Shown here: positions 1 through 11,700 of the stretch, in pieces | Layout: each line of letters begins with the position of its first letter | Numbering within the stretch: the stretch's first letter is position 1 | NCBI GenBank assembly: GCA_023231475.1 | Contig: JALJEE010003184.1 | Coordinates: 1 to 41,894, forward strand | Reading direction: 5' to 3' | DNA length: 41,894 nt | Source of the DNA: Seison nebaliae | Taxonomy: Eukaryota | Made by a program: the position numbers and the translations under genes | The notes under the pieces: model-generated | Told to the model about the DNA's origin: nothing | Database searches by the model: none | The model's input: the letters and a program-made list of their open reading frames with translations, nothing else

Positions 1-891
1 CAACTTCCACTAGAAAAAGTTGACTATGATTATCTGAGTCCAAAACCCTTTGATAAAAATTATTACAAAGAAATAGGACATGGTACAATTAATGAACTAG
101 ATAGAAAATTAAGCAAAGAACATATTGAGCCCAACGTTATAGTAATGTGGTTCCGTCATACGCCCAACCTTCGAATTCATGATCGTACCTTTCTTCTTTT
201 GGCTGAACATATGGACGCCTTAAGCCGTAATCCTCGCCTTAGGTTCAATCAGGATTTTAACATAATTCTTTACCAACAACTTTTTACCCTTCCAAAAATT
301 AATTCTAATGTTTTTACCCTTCCATTTCCTATTAATGGTTGCGATGTTCAATATCAGTTAAAAGGAATTTCTTTTAGAATAGAAACAGAAGTACCAGTTA
401 AATTAAGTTTTTTTCCACATCTAGCGGATCGTTATGTTGACTATGTTTGTGTGAATCGATTACTTGAAAGAACACTTGACAAAGTTGGTGATAACGCTGA
501 ACGCACACACAACAAGACAAAAGCAATATTTGAGGAAAACTCTAAAATTTTTGGAGGACTTTGTCATCACATTACACATCCAGTAAATCTTTATAATATT
601 GTAAATGATACCGTTAAGGACTTTCACACATTTTCAATCATTTCGAAAAATGATAAATGGTTCATGATGAATGATTATAATGCTTTTGAAATTGAGGATA
701 TTACCAAAATAGCAGAGATGATGAGCGATGAAAGAATCGACGGAATTTTGATAGAGAAAAAAGATGAAAAAACTACGTTGAATAATTTAACGACTGAAGA
801 AACAACCACCACTCCAATTCGAAGAAAAAGAAAAACAAAAGAAAACACATGTAAAACAATTTTTAATCGAAAAAGATTAAATTTGGAATGA
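1..891 (+). CDS. Divergent USP/C19-like cysteine peptidase paralog 1 (5'-partial; frame open from base 1)
   Basis: Frame 1 is open from base 1 (QLPLEK...PFDKNYY...EPNVIVMWFRHTPNLRIHDRTF) and aligns colinearly with 3528-5009: PNLRIHDRTF, FTxPFPIxGxDVxYxLKGISFRIE, CVNRLLERTL, HxFSIISKNxxWFMMND. Basic NLS-like tail (RRKRK, RKR). Confidence 0.7.
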   Translation, partial: QLPLEKVDYDYLSPKPFDKNYYKEIGHGTINELDRKLSKEHIEPNVIVMWFRHTPNLRIHDRTFLLLAEHMDALSRNPRLRFNQDFNIILYQQLFTLPKINSNVFTLPFPINGCDVQYQLKGISFRIETEVPVKLSFFPHLADRYVDYVCVNRLLERTLDKVGDNAERTHNKTKAIFEENSKIFGGLCHHITHPVNLYNIVNDTVKDFHTFSIISKNDKWFMMNDYNAFEIEDITKIAEMMSDERIDGILIEKKDEKTTLNNLTTEETTTTPIRRKRKTKENTCKTIFNRKRLNLE

Positions 892-993
892 AATGCAAAA
901 TGGTATTGTTATATTACTATTATATAGTCAGTACGTGTTATATTTTGTTTCCGGCAAGAGTTGAATTTTGTTCCCCTAATTTCTGGATAAGAC

Positions 994-1248
994 TCATAAT
1001 TTCACAATTATTTTTCCGTGAAGCTGACTGCCGGCAGCAGTTTCTTTTCCATCATTCAATGTCCAACTACGAACAGTCATAATTGGCACTTGGTGAAGTT
1101 CTTGGCAATCAATCGTCTCGCTGTTATGGGCTATAAGGGTTTTGACATCTGAAATATGTCGTTTATAAGGTCCTCTTGAAGATGTTTCCTCGTCAATAAA
1201 CAGATTCTCCATCAACTCATCAAGTTCTTCAATATGGAACATTTTCAT
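994..1248 (-). pseudogene. Truncated helix-turn-helix ORF, probable N-terminal remnant of a Tc1/mariner/pogo-superfamily transposase
   Basis: RGPYKRHISDVKTLI...VPIMTVRSW resembles the RGxY...[IV]PxxTVxxW HTH pattern of transposase DNA-binding domains. No DDE domain follows. Confidence 0.4.
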
Positions 1249-1460
1249 TACAATTGTATTATATTATATAAGTTAATCTTAATTATTGTTAATAGTTAAT
1301 TTTTATTAACTTATTCCAATGTTATAAATTCAATTTAGTTGAATATCAATTATAAATTAATATAACTATAATGTTAGTTGCAATTCTCTTTTCTATCATA
1401 AATAGCTGGTCTTTAGCTAAATAGCTAAACATAAATAGCTAAATAGTCCAGAATGAATAT

Positions 1461-2060
1461 TTAACTCGGAAGAGCGGCTTGTTCAGATGTGGTGATCTGC
1501 TCTTGGCTGTATTCGATGCAGCGTTTTCGCAAGAAATCGTTGGTGGGCGGTGAGAAGTAAAATTGTCGTACAAATGTATTTTGTGACCATATGTTAGGTT
1601 GAAGAAGATTGTTCAATTGATCTTCGGAGAACCAGATTATGCAGGACCGAGGTGTAGCCGATGATGTTTTTCATGCGCCACAGCTTCACGGCGTCTAGAT
1701 TGGACTTGTTTAACAATTGAGAGTCAGCTGAGATGGTTGTCCGATGGAAATTGGTTACCAACACTGACTAGTGAGCGCCAAGTAGGTTTACGTGGACGAG
1801 GTTGTCTCAGCCATCGGAGGTTTTGAGGTATTCTGATGGGCTTTCTTGTGTGGAATGGTATCCATATTGGAAGGCGTTTTCGGGAATGTCACGATAGGAT
1901 GAGGAGACTTCTTTCAAAGAATTCATACAACCGTCACAGGTGTGTAGTATATTGAGGTTGTTTAAATTGTCGATAATTATTTTTTGATTTGCGATTACTG
2001 TCCATAGGGAAGCGGCAATCTCTATCTAAGTTGCATATGAGTCGTGGTAAGAGATGACTT
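1461..2060 (-). mobile_element. Degraded ORF1-like remnant of a CR1/L2-group non-LTR retrotransposon
   Basis: Minus-strand translation gives RSCIIWFSEDQLNNLLQPNIWSQNTFVRQFY, like the SFxIxV...lxpxxWPxgxxVRxF motif ending many LINE ORF1 proteins, with Cys remnants upstream (HTCDGC). Frame is broken; GC is visibly above the flanks. Confidence 0.4.
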
Positions 2061-2156
2061 CAGAGTCTGATCTATAATATTAGATTAATGTCGAAAATTA
2101 TACACAGTTTAGATAAAATTTAAAGTTAATTTCAATAAAATATTTCAAGTTGAGAA

Positions 2157-2220
2157 GGATCGACTCCAAACGACGTGTTGGATCGATCCTAAGTACGACT
2201 GTGGTTCGTACTTAGGATCG
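2157..2220. repeat. Overlapping inverted repeats (perfect 15-bp stem plus a near-perfect 12-bp stem)
   Basis: 2184-2198 CGATCCTAAGTACGA pairs with 2206-2220 TCGTACTTAGGATCG (7-nt loop). 2157-2169 GGATCGAcTCCAA pairs with 2178-2189 TTGGATCGATCC (one bulge). Confidence 0.9.
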
Positions 2221-2764
2221 GGGGAAAAATGGGAAATAAAAAATCTCAAGCTGATAATGGTGATTTTTTATATGTTAAATCTAACAATTTTTAAACGTAA
2301 TTTGCATCATTATTTCGAAGTATTTGAACTATCTGAAGAAATATTTAAAAGTAATTTTCTCATCTTAAAAAATGAAGAAAACTTTCGATCTTTAAATTAA
2401 GATTGTATTTCCACTCTCAAAATAAACAACGCCACAACGATGAGACACTCGCAACGTAGATAGTCTCCTACTACTGACCGTAGAGGCGGAGATCGGTCAA
2501 AATTTTCAATTTATCCAGACGGGAATTTCAAGGAAACAAAAAATATGTGATATTCATCGATCAGATTAATGCTCTATATTTTATGCAAAGTAATTATACT
2601 TTATAAATCATTCATCAATTTGAAATTAAAATAAAGTAATACTTTGTTCTATGTAGTATATATTGTAATTTTTTTAATGTCTTCTTTCATTACAATTAGT
2701 ATGGCTTTTAATAAAAAATGTCTAATAAAATCTCGTCTGGTTTTCTCGAGAATTTTTTTTCACA

Positions 2765-2905
2765 TACCAAGTCGACTAGAGTCAAGATACGAAACCAAAC
2801 CAAGTCGTTTAAATCTTATAGTTAATCGACTCATATAGTCGACTAAATGAACAGTTAAAATCGAGTCGTTTACATCGATTAAGTCGACCATTTTGATCAG
2901 GCCTA
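2765..2905. mobile_element. Possible hAT-like DNA transposon end with subterminal GTCGA repeats
   Basis: Cluster of AGTCG/TCGAC(T) motifs ending at ...TTTTGATCAGGCCTA (2905). The reverse complement starts TAGGCCTG, like hAT (T/C)AGG termini. No partner end seen. Confidence 0.35.
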
Positions 2906-3104
2906 CTTCGAAGCCTGGTAGGGCGTAAATTTCTGAAAATTGTTTGACAATAATTGCAGTCAGAAGAAGCGTTAATTAAGAACATCGAATATAATTAATA
3001 AAAAAATAAAACGGTTAAAAACAATTAAAATTAGAATGTTAAAATCTACTTACATAATTACCAACTAGCAAAGTTGACTGTATCATATAATAATACGATA
3101 TATC

Positions 3105-3185
3105 TAATAATGTATATACATGTATATACATTGTTATAACATGTATAATTGTTATATATTTACATGTATAATGACATGCATAATA
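3105..3185. repeat. Degenerate (TGTATATACA)-type tandem repeat
   Basis: tgtatataca tgtatataca ttgttataac atgtataatt ... tacatgtata. Confidence 0.6.
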
Positions 3186-3527
3186 ACATTTTAATTTTGG
3201 TTAAAATTTACGTTAGACTTATAAGTTCTGAAGTGATTTATAGGTTTAAAACACTATGAAAAAATACGCTAAAAATACGTGATTTAAAGCTCTAGAACAC
3301 CGTGAAAAAGAGGTGTAATTAACCTCTAATTAAATACTCAAATGATATATCATATGATAGGCATGTTTCACCATAGGTTAAAATCATCCGAAGTAATATG
3401 ATAACCAACTTTTGTACTGTAACAGAAAGTATTAACAGCAGCTGTAGAAAAAGATAAAAAGTGGATCGATGGAAAAATTTTTGCATTTTATTCTCCTGTT
3501 TAGTTTAAATTTTAGTTTTTTTGTATA

Positions 3528-5009
3528 ATGGATTTGTTCCCAAACTTCAAAAACCTACCAATGAGAGAACGATGTAATGCACTAAAATATTTTAGTAGAA
3601 TATCACGTAAAAAAGTATTTGGTTTTGATAATCCATTTGGTCAATGTTCTATGAATGCTTTAATGTCATTGATAATTTCTAGTACTCATCTGATGGAGCA
3701 TATTCGAGCAATTAATCCGATAACCCCAAAAAAGTACCATTCCGATAAGACTAGAATAACATGCTCTTTGTTTGGAGGTAATACCACTCCAAATGTAAGT
3801 CCAATAAAAATAAGTTCAGATCAAGTATTTCGAAAAGGACTAGTTGATACTGCGGCCAATATCAAATATAACACAACATTTGGTGTGGGAGGTGATTATA
3901 TGCTTGTTCAGACATACGTTAATCGTCATAAAATGTGCATTAGACGGGAAAGGGATATGCTCGAGCATGGAATTTTTGATGTAATGGTTGATCAGAGACT
4001 TAGAACAATGTTAAAGAATATATGGGATAAACTTGATTATTCTCGTTTTTTAGCAACTGATGATTCTCTATTTTACGTGTTTTACCCACAATTAAATCTA
4101 TTGATTTTACGATTTCGCATAACTATTGCCGATATACTAAACCCCACACCCTTTGGTAAAGATTATTACAATTTAATTGGGAATAATGCTCATGATGAAT
4201 TGGATGCAGAATTAACCAAGAACCATTTTGAACCGTATGTTATTTTATTTGCCTTCCTTCCCAGACCCAATCTTAGAATTCACGACCGTACGTTTATGCT
4301 TATAGCAGATCATATTAGTAATTTAGTATATAATGATACCGACGTTATAGAGCAAGATGTTGATATAGTATTTTATGAACAAAAAGTAACTATCCCCAGA
4401 ATTAATGCCAAAGTGTTTACTTATCCATTTCCTATTCGAGGCCGTGATGTTGACTATAGATTAAAAGGAATATCTTTTAGAATAGAAAATGAATTTTCAA
4501 CTAACTTAAGACAACATCCAAAGTTAGAACATGAAAACGTCGACCATAATTGTGTCAATCGATTACTCGAACGAACACTTAACCAAATTGATGACGAATC
4601 TGAAAAGGCACTGAATAGGACTAAACTGTTCTTTGATGAAAACTTCGCAAAATTTGGTAGGATTTGTGAAGAAACCCAACATCCAAATCGAGGACGACTT
4701 TATAATTCCATAAAGGACATAGAACGCCAAGGACATTACCATTCCTTTTCCATCATATCGAAAAACAATGAATGGTTCATGATGAATGATCAAAACTCAT
4801 ATCAAATTGAAGATATAGACAAATTGACGGAATTAATTAGCAATGAACCAGTGGACGCAATTTTAATTGAGAAGGAAGAACCAACCGCTATAAGCCAACC
4901 TACTTCTCCAGCTAAACAAACACCAAAACCGTTAGAAAGTAGAAAACGAAAAGGAGAAGAACCCACACCGATTACAAGTTCAAAAACAAGAAAAACCAAT
5001 TTTTTATAA
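3528..5009 (+). CDS. Divergent USP/C19-like cysteine peptidase paralog 2 (493 aa, intronless)
   Basis: Cys-box-like GFDNPFGQCSMNALMSLI (Cys40, 3645-3647; cf. GLxNxGNTCYMNSxLQxL), strand YRLKGISF, His-box-like GHYHSFSIISKNNEWFMMND (4731-4790; cf. GHYxAY...WxxFND). RKRK tail. Confidence 0.7.
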   Translation: MDLFPNFKNLPMRERCNALKYFSRISRKKVFGFDNPFGQCSMNALMSLIISSTHLMEHIRAINPITPKKYHSDKTRITCSLFGGNTTPNVSPIKISSDQVFRKGLVDTAANIKYNTTFGVGGDYMLVQTYVNRHKMCIRRERDMLEHGIFDVMVDQRLRTMLKNIWDKLDYSRFLATDDSLFYVFYPQLNLLILRFRITIADILNPTPFGKDYYNLIGNNAHDELDAELTKNHFEPYVILFAFLPRPNLRIHDRTFMLIADHISNLVYNDTDVIEQDVDIVFYEQKVTIPRINAKVFTYPFPIRGRDVDYRLKGISFRIENEFSTNLRQHPKLEHENVDHNCVNRLLERTLNQIDDESEKALNRTKLFFDENFAKFGRICEETQHPNRGRLYNSIKDIERQGHYHSFSIISKNNEWFMMNDQNSYQIEDIDKLTELISNEPVDAILIEKEEPTAISQPTSPAKQTPKPLESRKRKGEEPTPITSSKTRKTNFL

Positions 5010-5147
5010 ATAGGAAACATTATAAAAAAATACATTATGGTATTCATCATTAAAGAAAATTCGGCACCATGATGTATTTTTTTATATATAAATAAAAATT
5101 ATGTAGAAATTTTAAAAATTTTTTGATTCTTATCATTTGAAAAATGA

Positions 5148-5555
5148 GTGTCTCATATTGCCCCAACCACTTCATTTGTAATTAATTTTTTTTTCGGCAA
5201 TTTATCTTTCTAAAAATTTGACAGACTCTAAATAATGAACTAGTCCGCTTCTATAGAGATTTTCAATAATTTTTGATACATCTTTTAATGAGAACAAATT
5301 GAATTTTTTTTGATCAAATAAGCTTAGTCGATCAACATCATAATCATAAATATTTTAAAATGGCTGCAACTTTTTTCTTATTTAAAATTCGATAAAAATG
5401 AAAGGATATTATGAAAGGACTTATTTTTTTAAACCTATAAAACTATTTTAAAAGAAATTTACAGATTGGGAAAATGATTTAGGGCTAATAAAAAGAAGCT
5501 TACGACGAAGTGTCTCATTTTGCCCCAATGTTTCATTTTGCCCCACAAGACGGTA
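5148..5555. mobile_element. Right end of a TA-targeting (pogo/Tc1-like) DNA transposon with internal direct repeats
   Basis: Three copies of TGT(C/T)TCAT(A/T)TTGCCCCA at about 5149, 5511 and 5529, ending ...CAAGACGG|TA (5553|5554-5555). The reverse complement reads TA|CCGT...GGGGCAAAATG. Left end not found in the window. Confidence 0.6.
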
Positions 5556-5783
5556 TCTACTTTTTAATTATTTTTTGAGGATTAATTTTAATTTTATTGT
5601 TTTAATTATTATTGAGGAATTCTACATAAATAAGATAGGTTAAGCTTAACTTTAAGTGATGGCTGTGATCAAAGAAATTACAATTTCGACTATTAATACG
5701 AATAATTATTTGATGAATCATAGGAAACATTTTAATTTAAAGCTCAAGAGATAAATTTTGTTTGTTTACATAAGCAAATCAAA

Positions 5784-8700
5784 ATGAAGTACAATCGACT
5801 ACGATTGAATTTGTTAATTTGTTTTTTAGTAGTTGATGTCAATTCGTTCTCGATTCTTCCCAGCACAATTGATAAAGATCTTCATTTGAAATGTAATAAA
5901 TCGAAGTGTATATACAAAGTGAAAGAGCATGTGAAGATTTTGAGAAGAGTCAAATTGAGAATTGATGAGAAACATGAAATTCGATTTTCACCTGGACGAA
6001 CTATGACCGTAATGGGTTCACTCATCGTTAATGGTACGAAGAATAATCGTGTTAAATTTACATCAGATCGACCGATTGAACGAAGGAAATTGAGTGAATT
6101 AAATATTCGATTATTTGGTGGCGATTCATCTAATGAAGGTTTATTCCAAATGAAACGGAAGCATCATTGGATTAATGTTTGTTCACATAATTTATTATGG
6201 ACACGTTATGATTCCAAAGTCATTTGTCGTCAATTAGGCTATGTGAATGGTACATGGTCATCCTATCGAATGAGTAATAATGATTCATGGAATATGATCA
6301 TTGATCGACCGAAATGTAACGGAAATGAGATGGAGATAAAGAATTGTCCATCATTTCGAATTAGACGAATTGGTGAGAATGTTTGTCATGGACAGAAATT
6401 ATTGAGTTTATTATGTGACGGAGTTGCATTGAAGAATTATTGGGGTGGTATCATTTTCGATGATTATTCGGATGTGAAAGAAATTTCAACTTTTAATAAT
6501 TTCATTAATATTTCCAATTCAATTTTTCAATATGTCGTGTTGGAGAATGGAGGACAATTGAAACGACGTTCATGGTCGACGATAACATCATATCGTTTCT
6601 CTCCCATCATGAATTGGGTGGAGATTCGAGAATCATTTGGACATGCTCTCAATGCAAGTAATATCCAATCAACAATTTCAATAAATAATTCTTTCTTTCA
6701 TAATAATCGTGGATCTGGTCTCTTCATTGATTCACATTTTGGTGACGTTCAAATAAATAATTGTCGAATGACAAATAATTATGGATCAGGAATAATTTAT
6801 CATTTCAATCAAACCACATGGTCCGGTTCAGATTATCTCGATTTTCCATTATTACAATATTTCGATTTTTGTCGAACTGCATCAACTCGACAATTTCCCT
6901 CATATCTAATTTTCCGTCCAAAAACCATCGGACATTGGTGCGAACGATCTGTGGTAACAATCGATCGTTATTTCGTCACTCTTCATTTTCAATCAGTTCG
7001 ATTGAGAAGTCAACATGAGATACAAGTGGAAATATTTGATGGATTAAATGTTTATTCAGATCTCTTATACAAATTCAACATATCTGATCGAGCCATTCCT
7101 CAATCCATCACATCTCGTACACATCAGATGTTAATTCGAATTTTTTGGGAGAATGGATCATCATCAATGGAAGATGAAATGACATTATTTCTAACAACAT
7201 CATCTCACTCAAATGGAGCGAGTGATATTACGATAGAAAATTCTATAATATCACAAAACTATCAAAACGGTATTAATATTACAAATAGTCATTCACTCGT
7301 TCGTTTGAGTAATGTAGAGATTGAAAGAAATGATGGAACAGGTCTCCTCTTAAATGATGGCGCTACCGATTTACATGTCATTCATTCAATTATCAGAATG
7401 AATGAAGATTCTGGAATTAATATGACTTATAGTGGTGGTGAGAAATTTATAAATAATTCAATAATCGAACAAAATGGAAGAAATGGAATAATTATGAAAT
7501 CAACATCTATTCATCAATCGAATAAACAACCAATGACGAAACTGTCTAATCGATATGGGAGACTGATAGAAATTAAACAGAATTTGACATTGTCCAATAC
7601 GAAAATTATAAATAATCGTAAAAACGGTTTATTATTACATCCATATTGTCGACACAATTCGAATTTAACGATCAATAACACATTATTCAAAGGAAATGAT
7701 TATTCGGGTTTGATGATAATTTCATGTGATTCCACCAATCGACAATGGTTACCATTTCGCATCATTCCACCACATTTCGATGAATTGAACAAACGATATG
7801 TTAAAGAATGGCATTCTGTTCCTTTGACGAATGAAACGAAAAATTTAATGATAAATATTAGTTGGTCGACATTTGATGAGAATGAACGATATGGAATTAT
7901 CATACCGAACATCCAATTGATGGTGGGTCGAATTACGAACAACAGTTTCCAAAATACCAAATATGGAGCGTCGATTACAATTCGAACTAATTCATCAAAT
8001 CATTTTAATGATCTTGTTAATTGGATGAATGTTTCATTGAATGTCGCTTATAATCGTTTCCACAATAATAGTGGGCGATATGTTGTGGAATTGAGCACGA
8101 GAGAGTGGAGTATATCTCCACAATTTATTCGATTTCATTACAATGAATTCAAATGGAATAATGTTTATGCCAAATCTTTCTCACGATCACGACCAGTCGC
8201 TTTAGTGGTTGTGGGAAGTAGTTGGGTGAAAGTTGAACGAAATCTTTTTTTTCATCTCTCATCATTAACATCGATGGAATATGGAAGAAATGGTGGGAGA
8301 TATTCGAGAATTGCTATTAGTAGTTTATCATCAAATGCGAATCGTTCATCAATTATTTATGCGAAGAATAATTGGTTCGGAATTCGTAAAGGTGAATTCG
8401 AATTAGATACATCCTTCAATTTGAATAAGTGTCGACATCTCGTTTCGTCTGTCAGAGAAGTGATTTGGGATCAATTTAATCGAAGTAATTTACCAATTAT
8501 TCAATATCGACCATTTCTTTGTCATCCTTGTCATATTTATCAACATGATTATCCGACTGTTGGAGATGAGAAAATAATTTATACCAATCCAAGAAATCCA
8601 ACAAATCCATCAGTTGTGGGTGGAATTGTTGGAAATCATGTGCTCAAATTACACGAGAAAATTTATTGTTTATATGACGATTTATTTGTTCGATCTAATA

Positions 8701-11700
8701 CGAAACTTGTGATGAATATTGGACAGACGATATATGCAAGAAATGGTGTTGGAATATTTATTTCAGGTGAAATGAGAATTGATGGTTTCTCCTCATCATC
8801 ATCTTCTCATTCCTCCTCAATTCTCACATTGACTCATTTAACGAGAGAAACGGAACATTATTGTTTGAATGATAATCAATATAATTTGAATGAAGAAGAT
8901 GATGAAAAATCAATTCATCAGTATGATCTTTGTTCTCATTCTCATCGATCAGTTGGATTCCATCAAAATGATTTTTTCTTTCAAACTGTTCGATATAAAC
9001 GGAATATTGATTTATTTAATATCATAATAAAAAACAATACTATTATAAATAATAATGATAATAATTCAGAAATGACAACATCGATGATGAAAAATGATGA
9101 TATGGAAATATTGACAGAATTTTTTAATTCGACTCCATCAATCATCGATGAGTTCGAACCGATTATTAAAGAGAAAATAAATCATCAGTTGATTGATAGT
9201 CGTATGGGAAGAATATTAATATTAGAAAATCGAACAGAAAATGTGGAAAGAAATGAATTTATAAAATTTAGTTTAAATCAAAATGATGAAATAATTGGTG
9301 AATTGAATGGAATGGAAGGATATATTTGTGATGAATCGTTTGATCTTTCAGCAGCTCAAGTACTTTGTGGTGAGATGGGAAAATCGATCGATATGATTTA
9401 TTGGAATGAACAAATGAGAGAAAAGAAGAAAAGAGAAAAAATTGAAAAAAAGAGAAATTTCGTTTTAAGTGAATTGATTTGTGATGATGATGCAATGTCG
9501 ATTATCGATTGTGATTATTTGACGATGAATGAATTCCAATGTGAAAATGAAAATTTTGTAAAATTGCGATGTGTTGAACGTGGATGGTATGGAATACGAT
9601 TGGAACCGGCTGCTTTTCCCAAATCCAAATTATTCGGATTGAAGATTATTGGTGCAGGTGAATGGGATCAATGGGGTCGAGAAGATTTTACATCATCACT
9701 CACCATCGACCTTTTACGTCAACATGAGATTTCTGATTTAACTTTCATTAATTCGATTTCATACGATATTCATTTGATGGCCACAATTCCACATACCGTT
9801 CATCGGAATTTATTAAAGAAAATAAACGGAAGTTCCATTCGAATATCATCATCTTTTATTGAATTGGATGAAGTGAATTTGACGAGTACATCTCGAATGA
9901 TGTCACTTCATATCGATAGTGAGAAATCGAATCGTCAACTGATGGAATTACGTGAATTAATTATGACGGAACAATCGACAATTGATAGTTCGTCAGAAGA
10001 GAATTATTTAAATTATCTTCATAATTATAAAGATGAAGAGAATGAAGAAGAAAGATTATTCCATCGAGATTATTTACATAAATCATCAAGTCAATTTTCG
10101 GAAATAAAAGATCGATTGAAATGTGATAAAATTGTTCGATTACCATTACCAAAACCATGGAATCGTTATGGATGGTCTGATATTCCTTCATGGCTCTATG
10201 ATCGTTATTTGGAAGTGAATACGAAAATGTATCACAAAGAGAATTTACTCCAATCATTCCCATCTTATGGACCGTGGGCGTCGGAGGTTCTCGGTTGGCA
10301 ATCAGTCAATATACATCATCGTGATCCATTTCAAAATCGAATTCCATCAATACATTCTCTAAATCATATTTCGAATAAATATCATGCTAATTATGATGGA
10401 ACATTAGAAGCATTTCAATCAAATCAATTTAATAAATTATCATTCGATGATATTCGAAGGAAAAATCAACGTTTGTGGCGATTGTGGAGAGAAATCGATA
10501 AACAACATTTATGGAATGAATGGTTTAATGCCATCGAAAATAAAGTGATTATTGATAGAGATCGATTATTATGGATTTTATCTGATGGAAATGAAACGGC
10601 AACATTAACAAATTATGCGAATGAAATGGCAGAAATGGAAAGAAAAAAGAAATCCAAATGGAACATTTTCAATAATCGAACGACATTTCCATCAGTTTTC
10701 GAAAAGAATGAAAGTATCATTATTGGAACGAGAGATATGAGAGATATTCTCATTGTTGATTTGGTGGATTATTCCATTCTTGATATGGAAACGAGTGATA
10801 CTGATCATTTGGTGAAAGAGTATCAGAAAAATCTAGAATTTTCTTATCATCTTCATGGAAATGAGAATTTCGATTCATCAACTTCATTTACCAATTTTAA
10901 TACGAATTATAAACGAAAGAAATATTTTCAATCAAATCGATTTGCACACGATCGTCAAAAAGATAAATGGTATCCTGGTTATGGAACATCTGAACAAATT
11001 TTAATTTGTGAAACTTTATGTAATATTTCCATTCCAAATTTACGTCGTTGGAATCTCACTCACAACTCTACACAATTCCCAATTAATACAACAGCGAGTC
11101 AAATAGAAATCATAATAATAACCACCAATGGAACGATATCGAAACGACCTTTATTGATGGTAACGGCAATGGAGAAATTAACGACATATATCGATCGATT
11201 TGATATTGACGATGGGAAATTGAATGAGATAATTGTAAAGAATTCTTCTATCGCATTTGCCAATAATGGAATTGTCATCAATTCTTATGAACATGATTAT
11301 TGGAATGATTATCGACGGAGACGATATGATAATCAAACTATTCGTATTATCGGTACTTTATTTTATGAGAATTCAAAAAAATCAAAATCATCATTATCTG
11401 GTGGAATAAAATTAATTTCATCGAATGTCAATGATTGGCAATGGAAACAAATGATTCATATAAAACAACGATTATCTCGATTGAATATTTCCATCATTGA
11501 AAGTACATTCCATCAACTTAATTTAGCAATTCATCAATCATGTCCATCCGATCGTTTATCAAACAATTTAATTCATTGGACAATTTATCGTAATGAATTT
11601 TCGAAAAATGAAGAATTATTCAAATCTTTTTCAAATCATGAAATTTCTGGAATTCAATTGACATTTTCTCCCATTTCTATCGATACTCTCAATTCAAGTT

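Noticed and set aside
1400..1448. (TAAATAGC)-like tandem as a CR1 3' tail
   Set aside because: Short and irregular, and directly follows ORF1-like sequence with no ORF2; unsupported.
2440..2450. ATGAGACACTC, inverted match to 5144-5156, as the left transposon end
   Set aside because: Only ~11 bp and lacks the GGGGCAA and terminal CCGT parts; could be chance.
2765..5555. Spaced repeats as a CRISPR-like array
   Set aside because: Eukaryotic context, irregular spacing and no cas genes; they fit transposon subterminal repeats.
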